The notes below the pieces were generated by a model that saw only the letters and a list, made by a program, of their open reading frames with translations, searched no databases and was not told the origin of the DNA. From an uncultured Bacteriovoracaceae bacterium (GTDB lineage Bacteria; Bdellovibrionota; UBA1018): a stretch of DNA of 60,049 nucleotides. The position numbers were made by a program, and so were the translations under genes. This document shows, in pieces, positions 30,090 to 39,756 of this stretch (the first letter of the stretch is position 1; the number at the start of each line of letters is the position of its first letter). The stretch is from the NCBI GenBank assembly GCA_964524175.1, contig CAZGCK010000004.1:6729-66777 (forward strand), read 5' to 3'.

Positions 30090-30707
30090 ATGATTCACGA
30101 GCTCCCGCCGCTGCCCTTTGACAAAGAAGCATTAAGCCCGTTCATTTCAGCCGAAACACTCGAGTTTCATCACGACCATCACCATGCGGCTTATGTCGAG
30201 AAACTCAATCACTTGATAGCGGGCACGCCCTGTTCGGAGCTCACTTTAGAAGAAATTGTGCTCAAAGCCTCTAAAGGCGCGATCTTCAACAATGCCGCTC
30301 AAGCATGGAATCACTATTTCTACTGGAAGTCGCTCTGTCCACCCAAACGCTCCAATACTCATCCAAACGGCGAGCTCGCGCGGTGCATCGCGAGAGACTT
30401 TGGCTCTCACGATGAGTTCATGAATCAGTTCGCGGCTACGGCAAATGATCATTTTGGCTCAGGTTGGGTGTGGGTGGTTCTGGATCATCGCGGCAAGCTT
30501 CATATCCAAGCGACTCACGACGCGGGCAATCCAATGCGCGAAGGGCTCAATCCACTCCTCGTCTGCGATGTCTGGGAGCATGCGTACTACATCGACTATC
30601 GTAACGAGCGCCCTAAGTACATTGAGGCGTTTGAGCACGTGCTGAACTGGGAGTTTGCAGAAACTCGGTTCAATCAGACTCTAGGGGTCCTGACTTCGGC
30701 AGCCTAG
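30090..30707 (+). CDS. sodB: Fe/Mn superoxide dismutase
   Basis: LPPLPF...LEFHHDHHH...AAQAWNHYFYW...DVWEHAYYIDY motifs. Confidence 0.92.
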   Translation: MIHELPPLPFDKEALSPFISAETLEFHHDHHHAAYVEKLNHLIAGTPCSELTLEEIVLKASKGAIFNNAAQAWNHYFYWKSLCPPKRSNTHPNGELARCIARDFGSHDEFMNQFAATANDHFGSGWVWVVLDHRGKLHIQATHDAGNPMREGLNPLLVCDVWEHAYYIDYRNERPKYIEAFEHVLNWEFAETRFNQTLGVLTSAA

Positions 30708-30722
30708 CCACGTTCAAAAATC

Positions 30723-31301
30723 CTAGGTATCCCGCTTCAACGCTAGAAACCTGAATGTCTTGTATCCCGCAGCCGCGGCCGTATACATGATCCGCCGGAG
30801 CGTATCGTACTGGATGCGCTTGTCCGCCTGAATGGCCAGAATCCCATCAAACGGCAATGGTTTGCCGTCAGCGTCTCGCGCGGTGGATTTAGCTCTCAAA
30901 ACCTCGGACTTCTCCTTCGCCTTCGTCAAAGCATCAAACAAAGGCGTGATGCGAAGGTTCCGTTCCTTGGGGTCCAGATCCGTAGGCTTAAAAGCGTAAT
31001 GAGTGTCACTTGATCCTACCGCACCTGCGCTTTGCACGAACTCAACCACGCGTCCGCCTTCAAACGTGATGGCCTCTGGCGTGACAATGACTTGCAAGCT
31101 ATCGGGAGGATTGTCGGGTGACGCCGAAATCGGAAGCTTCAGTCCCGGCACGGAGGTAAAGTTATTTGCGCTCGTCGCGTAGCTCTTGAGTAAGAACACG
31201 ACGATGATCACGAGCACGTCCATCATGCTGGTGAGCTGGAGCTCAAAGCCCTGGGTGATTTTCTTGCGGCCTCGGCGATTGCGGATCGAGCGTCTTGCCA
31301 T
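30723..31301 (-). CDS. ExbD/TolR-family protein (AglS/AglQ-like)
   Basis: LQLTSMMDVLVIIVVFLL is the TM segment typical of ExbD/TolR. The ATG at 31301 follows GGAGA and lies 1 nt after the upstream stop. The ORF also opens at 31328. Confidence 0.8.
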   Translation of the reverse strand: MARRSIRNRRGRKKITQGFELQLTSMMDVLVIIVVFLLKSYATSANNFTSVPGLKLPISASPDNPPDSLQVIVTPEAITFEGGRVVEFVQSAGAVGSSDTHYAFKPTDLDPKERNLRITPLFDALTKAKEKSEVLRAKSTARDADGKPLPFDGILAIQADKRIQYDTLRRIMYTAAAAGYKTFRFLALKRDT

Positions 31302-31302
31302 C

Positions 31303-31848
31303 TCAGCCGTCTCCCAAAAGGTTGCCAAAAATCACGTTCGGAAACAGAAACTTGATCTGCTCATCCACGCCTGTCTGCGCATTCTTGGCAAAGATGGGAG
31401 GGTCTGTCGGCTCCATCCCGCGCATCGAGTCCATCATGGCGATCAGCGTGTCGTAGTTGGCGGAGTCGTTGGGGACAATCACGATGTGGGTTTCGGTGGG
31501 GAACTGCCTTTTGATCTCAATCAACGCATCATGGAGCGCTTTGATGTCGGGCTGGCCTGCTCCTGTGTGAGGGATGATCTTAGAAGGAATTTTCTCAAAG
31601 GGGCTCCAGATCTGAAGATCCGATTCATGCATGCTCACGGTGAGCTGCAGGGGTTTTTCCTTCAACTTTTGTTCAACCGCCTCGCTACTCGCTTCTGGAA
31701 ATGGCGACTCGATGCCCACGATCGTCAGAAACGACATGGTGAACAGCAAGAAGGCGATCAGCGTGACCATCGCGTCCAAAATCGGAACGAGGTTTAGCTC
31801 GATCTGCTTATGGCCGCCTTTGCGTCGTGAGGTCGGTCGCTTGAGCAT
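31303..31848 (-). CDS. ExbD/TolR-family protein (second paralog)
   Basis: IELNLVPILDAMVTLIAFLLF is an ExbD/TolR N-terminal TM segment. 181 aa. Confidence 0.8.
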   Translation of the reverse strand: MLKRPTSRRKGGHKQIELNLVPILDAMVTLIAFLLFTMSFLTIVGIESPFPEASSEAVEQKLKEKPLQLTVSMHESDLQIWSPFEKIPSKIIPHTGAGQPDIKALHDALIEIKRQFPTETHIVIVPNDSANYDTLIAMMDSMRGMEPTDPPIFAKNAQTGVDEQIKFLFPNVIFGNLLGDG

Positions 31849-31867
31849 TCGCGTTCAGCTGCTTTCG

Positions 31868-32533
31868 TTACTCAGACCGGCCGACTGCTCCACGGACCTT
31901 GCGGGCCGAGAGCAGATCCATGAGCTTCACGCCAAACTCGTCGATTTCCTCGAGGATTTTTTGTGCGCGAGCGGCGAGCAGGCTGTGAGCGATCATCGTA
32001 AAGATAGCGGTGACCAGACCAAATGCCGTCGCATTCATGGCTTCGGCGATCCCGGCTGAGAGAATCGCCTGTCGTTGAGCGGGGTCGGCCAGAGCGATGG
32101 CGGCGAAGGACTTGATCAGACCGCTGATCGTGCCCAAAAGGCCCAGCAAGGTAGCGATATTGGCGATCAGGGCCAAGTAATGGAGCCTGCGCTCGAGCCT
32201 TGGGATCACTTCCAAGCTCGCGGCATCCAGGGCGTTCTGGATCTGCTCGTCTTCGCGCGAGGCGCGCTGAAGACCTGCTTTGATCACTTTAGGAAGAGCT
32301 GCCTTGCCTGCGCCGTTGCAGAGGCGAATCGCTCCGTCCAAGTCGTTGGCCAGAATGTATTTCTGCACCTCAAACATAAAGGAAGCGCCATCCACGTTGA
32401 ACTGAAACAAGCGGATGACCCGTTCCAACGTGACGGCTACTGATACCGTCAAAGCGATGGCGATTGGGATCATCCATCCGCCACCCGTTTGAAATGCGCT
32501 TACGATGCCTGACATGAAGCTCGGAGATTCCAT
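31868..32533 (-). CDS. MotA/TolQ/ExbB-family proton channel (AglR-like)
   Basis: 221 aa with three TM segments. The conserved C-terminal region is LIANIATLLGLLGTISGLIKSF ... AEAMNATAFGLV. Confidence 0.85.
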   Translation of the reverse strand: MESPSFMSGIVSAFQTGGGWMIPIAIALTVSVAVTLERVIRLFQFNVDGASFMFEVQKYILANDLDGAIRLCNGAGKAALPKVIKAGLQRASREDEQIQNALDAASLEVIPRLERRLHYLALIANIATLLGLLGTISGLIKSFAAIALADPAQRQAILSAGIAEAMNATAFGLVTAIFTMIAHSLLAARAQKILEEIDEFGVKLMDLLSARKVRGAVGRSE

Positions 32534-32730
32534 GAGCTACCCCTTCGGTTCCAAATCCTTTTGGTTTCTAGATCTTATTTAAAGAATACCGGAAGCTCGG
32601 AGGGCGTCAAACAGAATTTTCTTTAGAAAAACGAGGGGGTGGCTATTCAATCCAGCTAAGACTCTTAGCAAGTCTATTTTTAAGTTCAGAGCGATCTTGC
32701 CGTTTATTTCGTTCAATACTCGAAAAGCGA

Positions 32731-33315
32731 TCAGGCCGGCTTCGAGGTGGATTGAGGTAACTTTGGGTGGCCAGAGGTTTCCGCCCTCACCACCTCAGTG
32801 TCCGCCATGACATCGCCCAGTCGATGGCCATTCTCCGCGGTTACCATGAGATAGATCTCCATCACCATGAGTGGCACTCCCACGAGTGCAAGAATCAACC
32901 AGCCCCAAACTGGAATAATCGCAAAAAACGTGGCCACACCCACCGGCGCATTGCGAACTACCGAAGCTCGCAAGCTCATCGGTTTGCGTTCGCGAGGAGT
33001 TTTCATGCGAGCCTCAGGGGCGTCGCTCTCGGCAAACCCTCCGCTGCCCTGAAGCTCAAGCGCCGCTCCCGTCGCAAGGCCTGTTGCGGGCGCAACGAGC
33101 TGCACTACCTGGAGCCCGAGAAGTTTTTTGCCCACGCTCTGGCCTTGAAATTTGCCTATCTGAATCCCATCCGCAACCAAGCTGTAGATAAACCCTGCGA
33201 GAGGTCCAAGTGGGTAGGGCAGAACCCCAGCCAGCGCGAAGACGATGAGGATGTCCAGCATTTTTGCTAGCACGCGGTTGAGCACATGAACTGGAGCCGT
33301 GGGTGTTTGGGTCAC
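32731..33315 (-). CDS. RDD-family membrane protein
   Basis: 194 aa, GTG start. It has the RDD-like arrangement (LDILIVFAL...YSLVADG...[14 protein letters not shown]) with a C-terminal TM pair. Confidence 0.65.
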   Translation of the reverse strand: MTQTPTAPVHVLNRVLAKMLDILIVFALAGVLPYPLGPLAGFIYSLVADGIQIGKFQGQSVGKKLLGLQVVQLVAPATGLATGAALELQGSGGFAESDAPEARMKTPRERKPMSLRASVVRNAPVGVATFFAIIPVWGWLILALVGVPLMVMEIYLMVTAENGHRLGDVMADTEVVRAETSGHPKLPQSTSKPA

Positions 33316-33745
33316 GTGGGTACGGCCTTGGGCGCCAAATGGTCCATCATCGAGTGGACCCCAAAAATACGGGACTCCTGGATCGACGCAGAAATCGCAA
33401 TGATCACATCACCTTTCTTTGCTAATCCTTGCGCTTGCTTGACGAAGACATGGTCATGCCCATAGTCATTGCCAATGGCGGTCAGATTAGAACTGTCCGT
33501 CGTCAAGGCAATGGCGGGAAGCGGCGGGCGTTCTATGAGCATCCGACCGACCCTTTCTGCAGCCATATGCTGGGCGTCAGCTGCGGAGCCACCGTTTCCG
33601 AGGATGAGGATTTTGCCCCATGAAGGATGCATTGGCCAAGTGTCTCAACAGCTTGAACTAGTGAGTCCGCGTTATCGGCGACAAAGGCCCCGCGGATTTT
33701 CAGGGATTCGGCAGCTGTAGCCATTAAATAGTCTCTAGGATTCAA
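33312..33745 (-). pseudogene. SIS-domain protein (GmhA/DiaA-like), frameshifted and internally deleted
   Basis: Two ORFs (33533..33745 and 33312..33632) carry consecutive parts of a SIS domain. These are ...[11 protein letters not shown] and then [21 protein letters not shown]...NDYGHDHVF...KGDVIIAIS. The join needs one extra G in the GGGG run (plus-strand CCCC at 33616-33619). The SGNS...LTG segment is missing before the IQE..H-like C-terminus. Confidence 0.7.
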
Positions 33746-33830
33746 ATTGCGGTCTCCTAAAAAGCGATGTTAATACTGAGTTTATCACGGTCGCTTTTGA
33801 GAGCGTAGTGCATTGAAAGGTAAATATCTT

Positions 33831-34163
33831 ATGGCTGATTCCAAGAATACTTTGTCTGCCACCGACACCAACTTTGAGAGCGATGTCATGAAGTCGCAGC
33901 AGCTTGCGCTGATTGATTTTTGGGCAGAATGGTGCGGTCCTTGTCGTCAGCTTGGTCCTACAATCGATTCGATTGCCGATGAGTTTCAAGGCAAGATGAA
34001 AGTATTTAAGATGAACGTCGATGAAAATCCTTCGACACCGACGCGCTTTCATGTGCGTGGGATTCCGACCCTGCTTTTGATCAAAAATGGCCAGGTCGTT
34101 GATCAGCTCGTGGGCAATCATCCCAAGAGCGTGATCGTTCAGGCGATTCAAAAGCACATCTAA
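33831..34163 (+). CDS. trxA: thioredoxin
   Basis: FWAEWCGPCR active site. The ATG at 33831 gives a 110-aa protein; the ORF opens at a TTG at 33813. Confidence 0.92.
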   Translation: MADSKNTLSATDTNFESDVMKSQQLALIDFWAEWCGPCRQLGPTIDSIADEFQGKMKVFKMNVDENPSTPTRFHVRGIPTLLLIKNGQVVDQLVGNHPKSVIVQAIQKHI

Positions 34164-34261
34164 GTGAGACACTGGGATCAGTGAGTCGCTGGGACGTTGC
34201 ATTAGACGTCCGAATAAGGTTTGCTGGTGAACGAATTGCAGGGTTATAACCCCGGCACATC

Positions 34262-37117
34262 ATGAATTCACGACCAATAGAACGCTTGGGCGATCCGGCT
34301 CACACCCTTTATCTCGTTGATATTAGCTCGTTCATATTTCGCGCATTTTTTGCTGTGAGATCCCTGACGAGCAAGAAAGGCGAGCCCACCAACGCCGTCT
34401 ATGGCGTGGCAACGATGCTCGCACGTCTCGTGGACGAAGCGAAGCCTCAGCATCTCGCGGTCGTCTATGACTCGAAAGAGCCCTCATTTCGTAAAGAGAT
34501 TTTCGCCGAGTACAAAGCCAATCGGAGCGCGCCGCCGGATGACTTGATCCCTCAGTTCGCGAGGATCGAGGAGCTCATTCAGGGGTTTCGGATGCACTCG
34601 TATCGGATGGCTGGAGTGGAGGCCGATGACCTGATCGCGACTCTCTCTCGTCGATGGTGCGAGGCCGGTCCAAAGAACCGAGTTGTGATCGTGTCGAGCG
34701 ACAAGGATCTTATGCAGCTCGTGGATGATCGCGTCTGTTCCTGGGATACGATGACAGGTAAGATTTATGGACCGCGCGAAGTTGAGGAGAAGTTTGGAGT
34801 CGGGCCGGCGCAGGTGCGAGATTACTTAGGTCTGGTCGGAGATAGTTCGGACAATATTCCGGGCGTGGAAGGGGTGGGGCCAAAAACTGCTGCGGATCTG
34901 CTCAAAACGCACGGCTCGATGGAGTGCGTGCTTCAGGCCGCGCTGGACGGCAAAATCGCGGGCAAGAAGGGCGAGACGCTCAAGGCGAGCGTGGATGTAG
35001 CGCGGCTCTCGGCGCAGCTCGCAAGCCTGCAAGACACCCTCAAGGTCAACTTTGCGGAGCAGGATTTTACGTATCGGTTTCAGCTGACAGAAGAGTGCTT
35101 GCAGCTCCTTAAGGATTTGGACTTTCATTCGTTGGTTTCCAAATGGGCGGGCTATGTGACAGCGGGTAGCGGCAAGTCGGTCGTGTCCGCGCCTCAGTCT
35201 CCCGAGTTGAGCGATGCTGAATCTCCAGCCTTAAGTCCTGGCGCCAGAGAGCCTAGCAATGGAGAGGCCCCGAGCGAGCGCAAGCGCATCGAAGTCGGCG
35301 CCGTGGATCCAACAAAAACTTTTCGCACGGTCGATACGGAGGCTTCATTTCAGAAGATTTTAGAAGGAATCGAGCGAACCAAAGAATTTGGTTTCGATCT
35401 CGAGACCACTTCGCTGAACCCGAGTCAAGCGGAGATCGTAGGGGTTGCGATCTGCCACGACCCGGCCTTTGGCAGCTACATCCCCATCGGTCATCGAGCA
35501 AGTCTCCAGGCAGGCGAGCCAAAGCAACTGCGTTCGAGCTATGTTTTAGAAAAGCTCAAACCGTTTCTTGAGGATTCTCGCTACAAAAAGATTGGTCAGA
35601 ATCTCAAATATGATTGGAGCGTGCTCATTGAGCATGGCTTCAAACCTGCGGGAATTGGCGCAGACACCATGGTGGCAGCCTATGTGCTAGACCCGAGTGG
35701 GCGCCATAATCTCGAGACGCTTGCTGTTCAATATCTCAGTTACAACGTCATGACTTACGAAGAAGTCTGTGGCAAAGGCAAGGATCAGCTGAGTTTTGAT
35801 CAGCTCCCGATCGACGTCGCTACTCGCTACTCCGCCGAAGACGCTTGGATCTCCGTAAAGCTTTGGAGCGAGCTCAAGCATAAGTTGGATGCCGATCATC
35901 TGATGCGCGTCTTTGCTGAGATTGATCTGCCTTTGGTCGAAGTGCTGACTCGCATGGAGCGTCAAGGCGTTTGCATCGACGTGCCTTGGCTGAAAAAGCT
36001 CTCCAGCGAGTTCGCTCACGAGCTCAAAGGTATCGAAGAGCGGATTGCTGCTTTTACAAAAGGGCCAGTGAACCTCAACTCTCCCAAGCAGCTGGCGCAG
36101 CTGCTTTTTGAGGAGCTCAAGCTCCCGGTGCAATCCAAGACAAAGACGGGGTATTCGACGGATGCGTCCGTGCTCGAAGCGCTAGCTCCGCTTCACGAAG
36201 TTCCAAAACTTCTTCTTGAGTACCGAGAGATTTCCAAGCTCAAAGGGACTTATGTCGACCCGTTACCTGAATTGCGCGATCTCAAGACCGGCAAGATTCA
36301 CGCTGGCTTTCATCAAACAGTGGCGGCCACGGGACGTCTTTCGAGCGCGGATCCTAATTTGCAGAACATCCCCATCAAAACCGAGCGTGGCCGCAAGATC
36401 CGTCGGGCCTTTATCCCATCGCCGGGCAATGTCCTGGTCGCCGCGGATTATAGTCAGATCGAGCTTAGGCTTCTGGCTCACATGAGTGGTGACAAAGAGC
36501 TTTCGCGCTCGTTCAACACCAATGAAGACGTGCATCGCCGAACCGCGAGCGAGATCTTTGGCGTTTCTCCCGAGTCGGTCGACGATCGTCAGCGGGGGAT
36601 CGCAAAGGCGATCAACTTTGGCCTGATGTACGGCAAGAGCGCGTTTGCGCTGGCGCAGGAGCTCAAGATCAGCCGGCGCGAGGCCCAAGACGTGATCGCC
36701 AAGTATTTTGAGCGATACAGCGGCGTGAAGCGCTACCTCGAACGATCGATCTTGGATGCCAAAGAAACGGGCATGACCACAACGTTGCTTGGGCGCAAAC
36801 GCTACTTGCCCGATATCAACGCAAAGAACCCCGCCGTCCGTAACGGCGCCGAGCGCATGGCGATGAACACGCCTATTCAGGGCACAGCCGCTGATCTCAT
36901 GAAGCTAGCCATGATCGAAATCGATCGCAGGCTGGAGGCGGATGGATTTGAGGCGAAGCTGACTATCCAGGTTCACGATGAAGTTTTGCTCGATTGTCCT
37001 GCCAAGGAAGCCAAAGATGTTGAACGCATGGTCACTGAAGTCATGGTGAGCTCAATGAAGCTCGATGTGCCGCTACAAGTAAACTCCGCTTCGGGTGCGA
37101 GCTGGCAGGATGTTTGA
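34262..37117 (+). CDS. polA: DNA polymerase I
   Basis: 951 aa. It has the 5'-nuclease domain, the 3'-5' exonuclease motif FDLETTSL, and polymerase motifs A (DYSQIELR), B (KAINFGLMYG) and C (QVHDEV). Confidence 0.95.
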   Translation: MNSRPIERLGDPAHTLYLVDISSFIFRAFFAVRSLTSKKGEPTNAVYGVATMLARLVDEAKPQHLAVVYDSKEPSFRKEIFAEYKANRSAPPDDLIPQFARIEELIQGFRMHSYRMAGVEADDLIATLSRRWCEAGPKNRVVIVSSDKDLMQLVDDRVCSWDTMTGKIYGPREVEEKFGVGPAQVRDYLGLVGDSSDNIPGVEGVGPKTAADLLKTHGSMECVLQAALDGKIAGKKGETLKASVDVARLSAQLASLQDTLKVNFAEQDFTYRFQLTEECLQLLKDLDFHSLVSKWAGYVTAGSGKSVVSAPQSPELSDAESPALSPGAREPSNGEAPSERKRIEVGAVDPTKTFRTVDTEASFQKILEGIERTKEFGFDLETTSLNPSQAEIVGVAICHDPAFGSYIPIGHRASLQAGEPKQLRSSYVLEKLKPFLEDSRYKKIGQNLKYDWSVLIEHGFKPAGIGADTMVAAYVLDPSGRHNLETLAVQYLSYNVMTYEEVCGKGKDQLSFDQLPIDVATRYSAEDAWISVKLWSELKHKLDADHLMRVFAEIDLPLVEVLTRMERQGVCIDVPWLKKLSSEFAHELKGIEERIAAFTKGPVNLNSPKQLAQLLFEELKLPVQSKTKTGYSTDASVLEALAPLHEVPKLLLEYREISKLKGTYVDPLPELRDLKTGKIHAGFHQTVAATGRLSSADPNLQNIPIKTERGRKIRRAFIPSPGNVLVAADYSQIELRLLAHMSGDKELSRSFNTNEDVHRRTASEIFGVSPESVDDRQRGIAKAINFGLMYGKSAFALAQELKISRREAQDVIAKYFERYSGVKRYLERSILDAKETGMTTTLLGRKRYLPDINAKNPAVRNGAERMAMNTPIQGTAADLMKLAMIEIDRRLEADGFEAKLTIQVHDEVLLDCPAKEAKDVERMVTEVMVSSMKLDVPLQVNSASGASWQDV

Positions 37118-37422
37118 GGAGGCTTTTGAAAGCATCCGTTAGATAGCCTCGCCGAGACATGATCGCTGACTTTTTCTTGCTGCTTGTTGCATCAGACATG
37201 GACTTCATGCATCGACCCAAGAATATAGATTCTCCTCGGTGATCTCCTATGTAAAGATCGTCATCGGAGTAACTGCGTACAGCGGGTGTCTGCTCAACCC
37301 AGGCAAAACTCGATCATGTGAGAAAAGTGTCCGAAATGTTCGTAAAACAGCTAGACGCGTTATCCGGTCTTTATAAGGATACATGCCCATTTAGGCTTTC
37401 GGTATGAGGAGCGACGAATCAG

Positions 37423-39093
37423 GTGAGCACAAAAGATAAAAATATTCATTCAACAGATATCGCCTCCGTGCTTGGCATGCTTTCAGATTTTCAGGCGGGT
37501 AACTTTTCCAGGACACTCACTAGGTGTGATGATCCAAGTTTAAAGCCTTTGATTGATAAGATGAACGAAACGGCCAGAGTTTTAGAATCCCAGGTCCAGA
37601 CTCTAACTCAATGCCAGGCTTACAATGATGTTTCGTTTATTATTCACTCTCTTGGAATAGGGATTTGGAAATGGGATCTAGTCACAAATAGTCTCGAGTG
37701 GGATGAGAATATGTACCGACTTTACGGTGCGGATCCTAAAGACTTTAGTGGTGCTTACGAGGCATGGGAGAACTCGTTGTCTTCTGAGACAAAGGCCAAA
37801 GCGATTGAAGAAATCAACATTGCTGTAGCCGGAGGGAAGGCGTTCGACACCACTTTTCAGGTGGTCCATAAAAATTCCGGAAAGATCCAAGAAATTCGAA
37901 CCCGCGCGTTTGTCGTTCGGGATAGCAGCGGCAAAGCGTTGAAGATGTGGGGGGTCAATATTGACCGAAATCGTGAGGCACAAACTGAACGGGAGAGAGA
38001 AGAGTTGCACAATCTCCTGCAGGTCGTTCTTGATAACGTACCCTCGATGATTTTTGCGAAAGACTTTAAGAGAAATTTATGCTTCTCGCTATTCAATAGA
38101 GCGGGAGAGAATCTCCTCGGGGTCAATCGAGGTCAAATTCTAGGAAAGAATGATTATGATTTGTTTCCAAAAGAACAGGCTGACTTCTTTACTCTCAATG
38201 ACAAAAAAGTATTAGAAAAAGGGAGTTTGGTAAAAATCGAGAAAGAGGAGATTAGTACTCCTAAGGGAGTGCGCTTACTCGAGACTTACAAGGTCCCTAC
38301 ATATGATCATAACGGTCATCCACAGCTTTTGATTGGCATCTCAAACGACATCACTGAAGACTATAAGCTCAGGCAAGAGTTGGAGCTGGAGAGAATCAAG
38401 AGTGTTAAAAACGCTAAGCTCGCCTCTCTAGGGGAAATGTCAGCAGGCATCGCCCATGAGATTAACAACCCTCTCTCAATTATTTTAGGGTCTGTGGGGC
38501 TTTTGTCCAAGTTTAAGGAAAACCCTGAAAAATGGGCATCAAAAATAGAGGCGATTCAAAAGTCGTGTGACCGAATTGCGAGAATCGTGAGTGGTCTCAG
38601 AAAGTTTTCTCGATCCGGTGAGAAAAGCAGCTTTGCGCCTCATGACCTTTGTGACATCTCTCAAGAAGTGTTGATTCTGACAGAGTCGAAGTCCAAGAGG
38701 CATCATACTTCCGTGAGCGTCGAGTGTTTGACTCATGTTCATATACTGTGCGACGAGGTTGAGATTGAGCAGGTCATGGTTAACCTCATTAATAACGCAA
38801 TTGATGCCGTAAAATCGAGTAATGAGAAGTGGGTTAAGGTTTCGATTTTCGAAGAGGGTGCCTCAGTCGTGATGAGGGTGATGGATTCAGGTCCGGGCAT
38901 ACCAGAGAGCGTTCGAGATAAATTGTTTCACCCGTTCTTTACGACCAAGAAAGTGGGCGAAGGCACGGGCTTGGGCCTTTCGATTACAAAGGGGATTCTA
39001 GATGAGCATCGGGCGACCATTGGGGTCGTAGCGGATTGCCCCAATACTTGCTTTGAGGTCAAATTTCCAAAAGTGGTCACCTATTCTGCTTAA
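37423..39093 (+). CDS. PAS-domain sensor histidine kinase (orphan)
   Basis: GTG start, two PAS-like regions, H-box AGIAHEINNPL, N-box LINNAIDA, G1 DSGPGI and G2 GTGLGL. No response regulator lies adjacent. GC is clearly lower than in the flanks. Confidence 0.85.
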   Translation: MSTKDKNIHSTDIASVLGMLSDFQAGNFSRTLTRCDDPSLKPLIDKMNETARVLESQVQTLTQCQAYNDVSFIIHSLGIGIWKWDLVTNSLEWDENMYRLYGADPKDFSGAYEAWENSLSSETKAKAIEEINIAVAGGKAFDTTFQVVHKNSGKIQEIRTRAFVVRDSSGKALKMWGVNIDRNREAQTEREREELHNLLQVVLDNVPSMIFAKDFKRNLCFSLFNRAGENLLGVNRGQILGKNDYDLFPKEQADFFTLNDKKVLEKGSLVKIEKEEISTPKGVRLLETYKVPTYDHNGHPQLLIGISNDITEDYKLRQELELERIKSVKNAKLASLGEMSAGIAHEINNPLSIILGSVGLLSKFKENPEKWASKIEAIQKSCDRIARIVSGLRKFSRSGEKSSFAPHDLCDISQEVLILTESKSKRHHTSVSVECLTHVHILCDEVEIEQVMVNLINNAIDAVKSSNEKWVKVSIFEEGASVVMRVMDSGPGIPESVRDKLFHPFFTTKKVGEGTGLGLSITKGILDEHRATIGVVADCPNTCFEVKFPKVVTYSA

Positions 39094-39270
39094 GGCATTT
39101 TGCAGGTCGCCGATGTTCTTGAAAGCCCGTTCAAGAGCAATCATTCGATCATTAAAGTCTGTTTGACTCATGTTTGGCAGCCCAGAGCACGGCGCTGTCT
39201 TTGTAGCCGACGCTGAGGTCAATCAGAAATTGGCTGAAGAACCAGTTTAAACCGGCTGAGGGAGTGGCTT

Positions 39271-39756
39271 ATGACTCCCATTCATGCCCTCACAATTGTC
39301 CATTCTTTAGACGCCTCTATTCTAGGCGTCCTATTGATTTTTAAGCTACTTTTTCTGGGTATACTCTTTGCGATACGCTCTCTAAACAAAGCTTTTTCTC
39401 GAAGGGATTTACAAATGCTCGAGCAAAATCAGTCCAATCTCAGTGCTCGCGAACGACTTCTCCGTCCTCGTTGGCCACGAGTACTCGGCAACCCAAGGGC
39501 ATGGGAGTGCACCGAATTAGAAGACAGCGCTGACTGGGGGCGCCCCGAGCGCCCGATCGAAGGTGATCTCAAGCCAGACCTCATCATCGGCTTGCTCTCC
39601 CTTTGCGCGTTTACCTTGCTTGGGCTGTATTTTCTTTTTGCGACTCCGATCGAGATTTCAAGATTCCCAAGCCCTAGCCCTAACGAAAAAGCTGCCCTCG
39701 ATTCAGCCCCTGCCTCGAGGACCTACCCATCTGAGCCAGCGCCACGACATCAATAA
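39271..39756 (+). CDS. hypothetical membrane protein
   Basis: 161 aa. The ATG is preceded by GAGGGAG. Two hydrophobic segments (ILGVLLIFKLLFLGILFAI and LIIGLLSLCAFTLLGLYFLF). No family recognised. Confidence 0.4.
   Translation: MTPIHALTIVHSLDASILGVLLIFKLLFLGILFAIRSLNKAFSRRDLQMLEQNQSNLSARERLLRPRWPRVLGNPRAWECTELEDSADWGRPERPIEGDLKPDLIIGLLSLCAFTLLGLYFLFATPIEISRFPSPSPNEKAALDSAPASRTYPSEPAPRHQ

Noticed and set aside
31186-31797. A 203-aa plus-strand ORF across the two exbD genes.
   Set aside because: It is antisense to two genes with clear ExbD/TolR TM signatures and has no motifs.
38998-39222. A 74-aa minus-strand ORF overlapping the 3' end of the histidine kinase.
   Set aside because: It overlaps the intact HATPase C-terminus by 96 nt and has neither a family match nor a convincing RBS. 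It is likely spurious.
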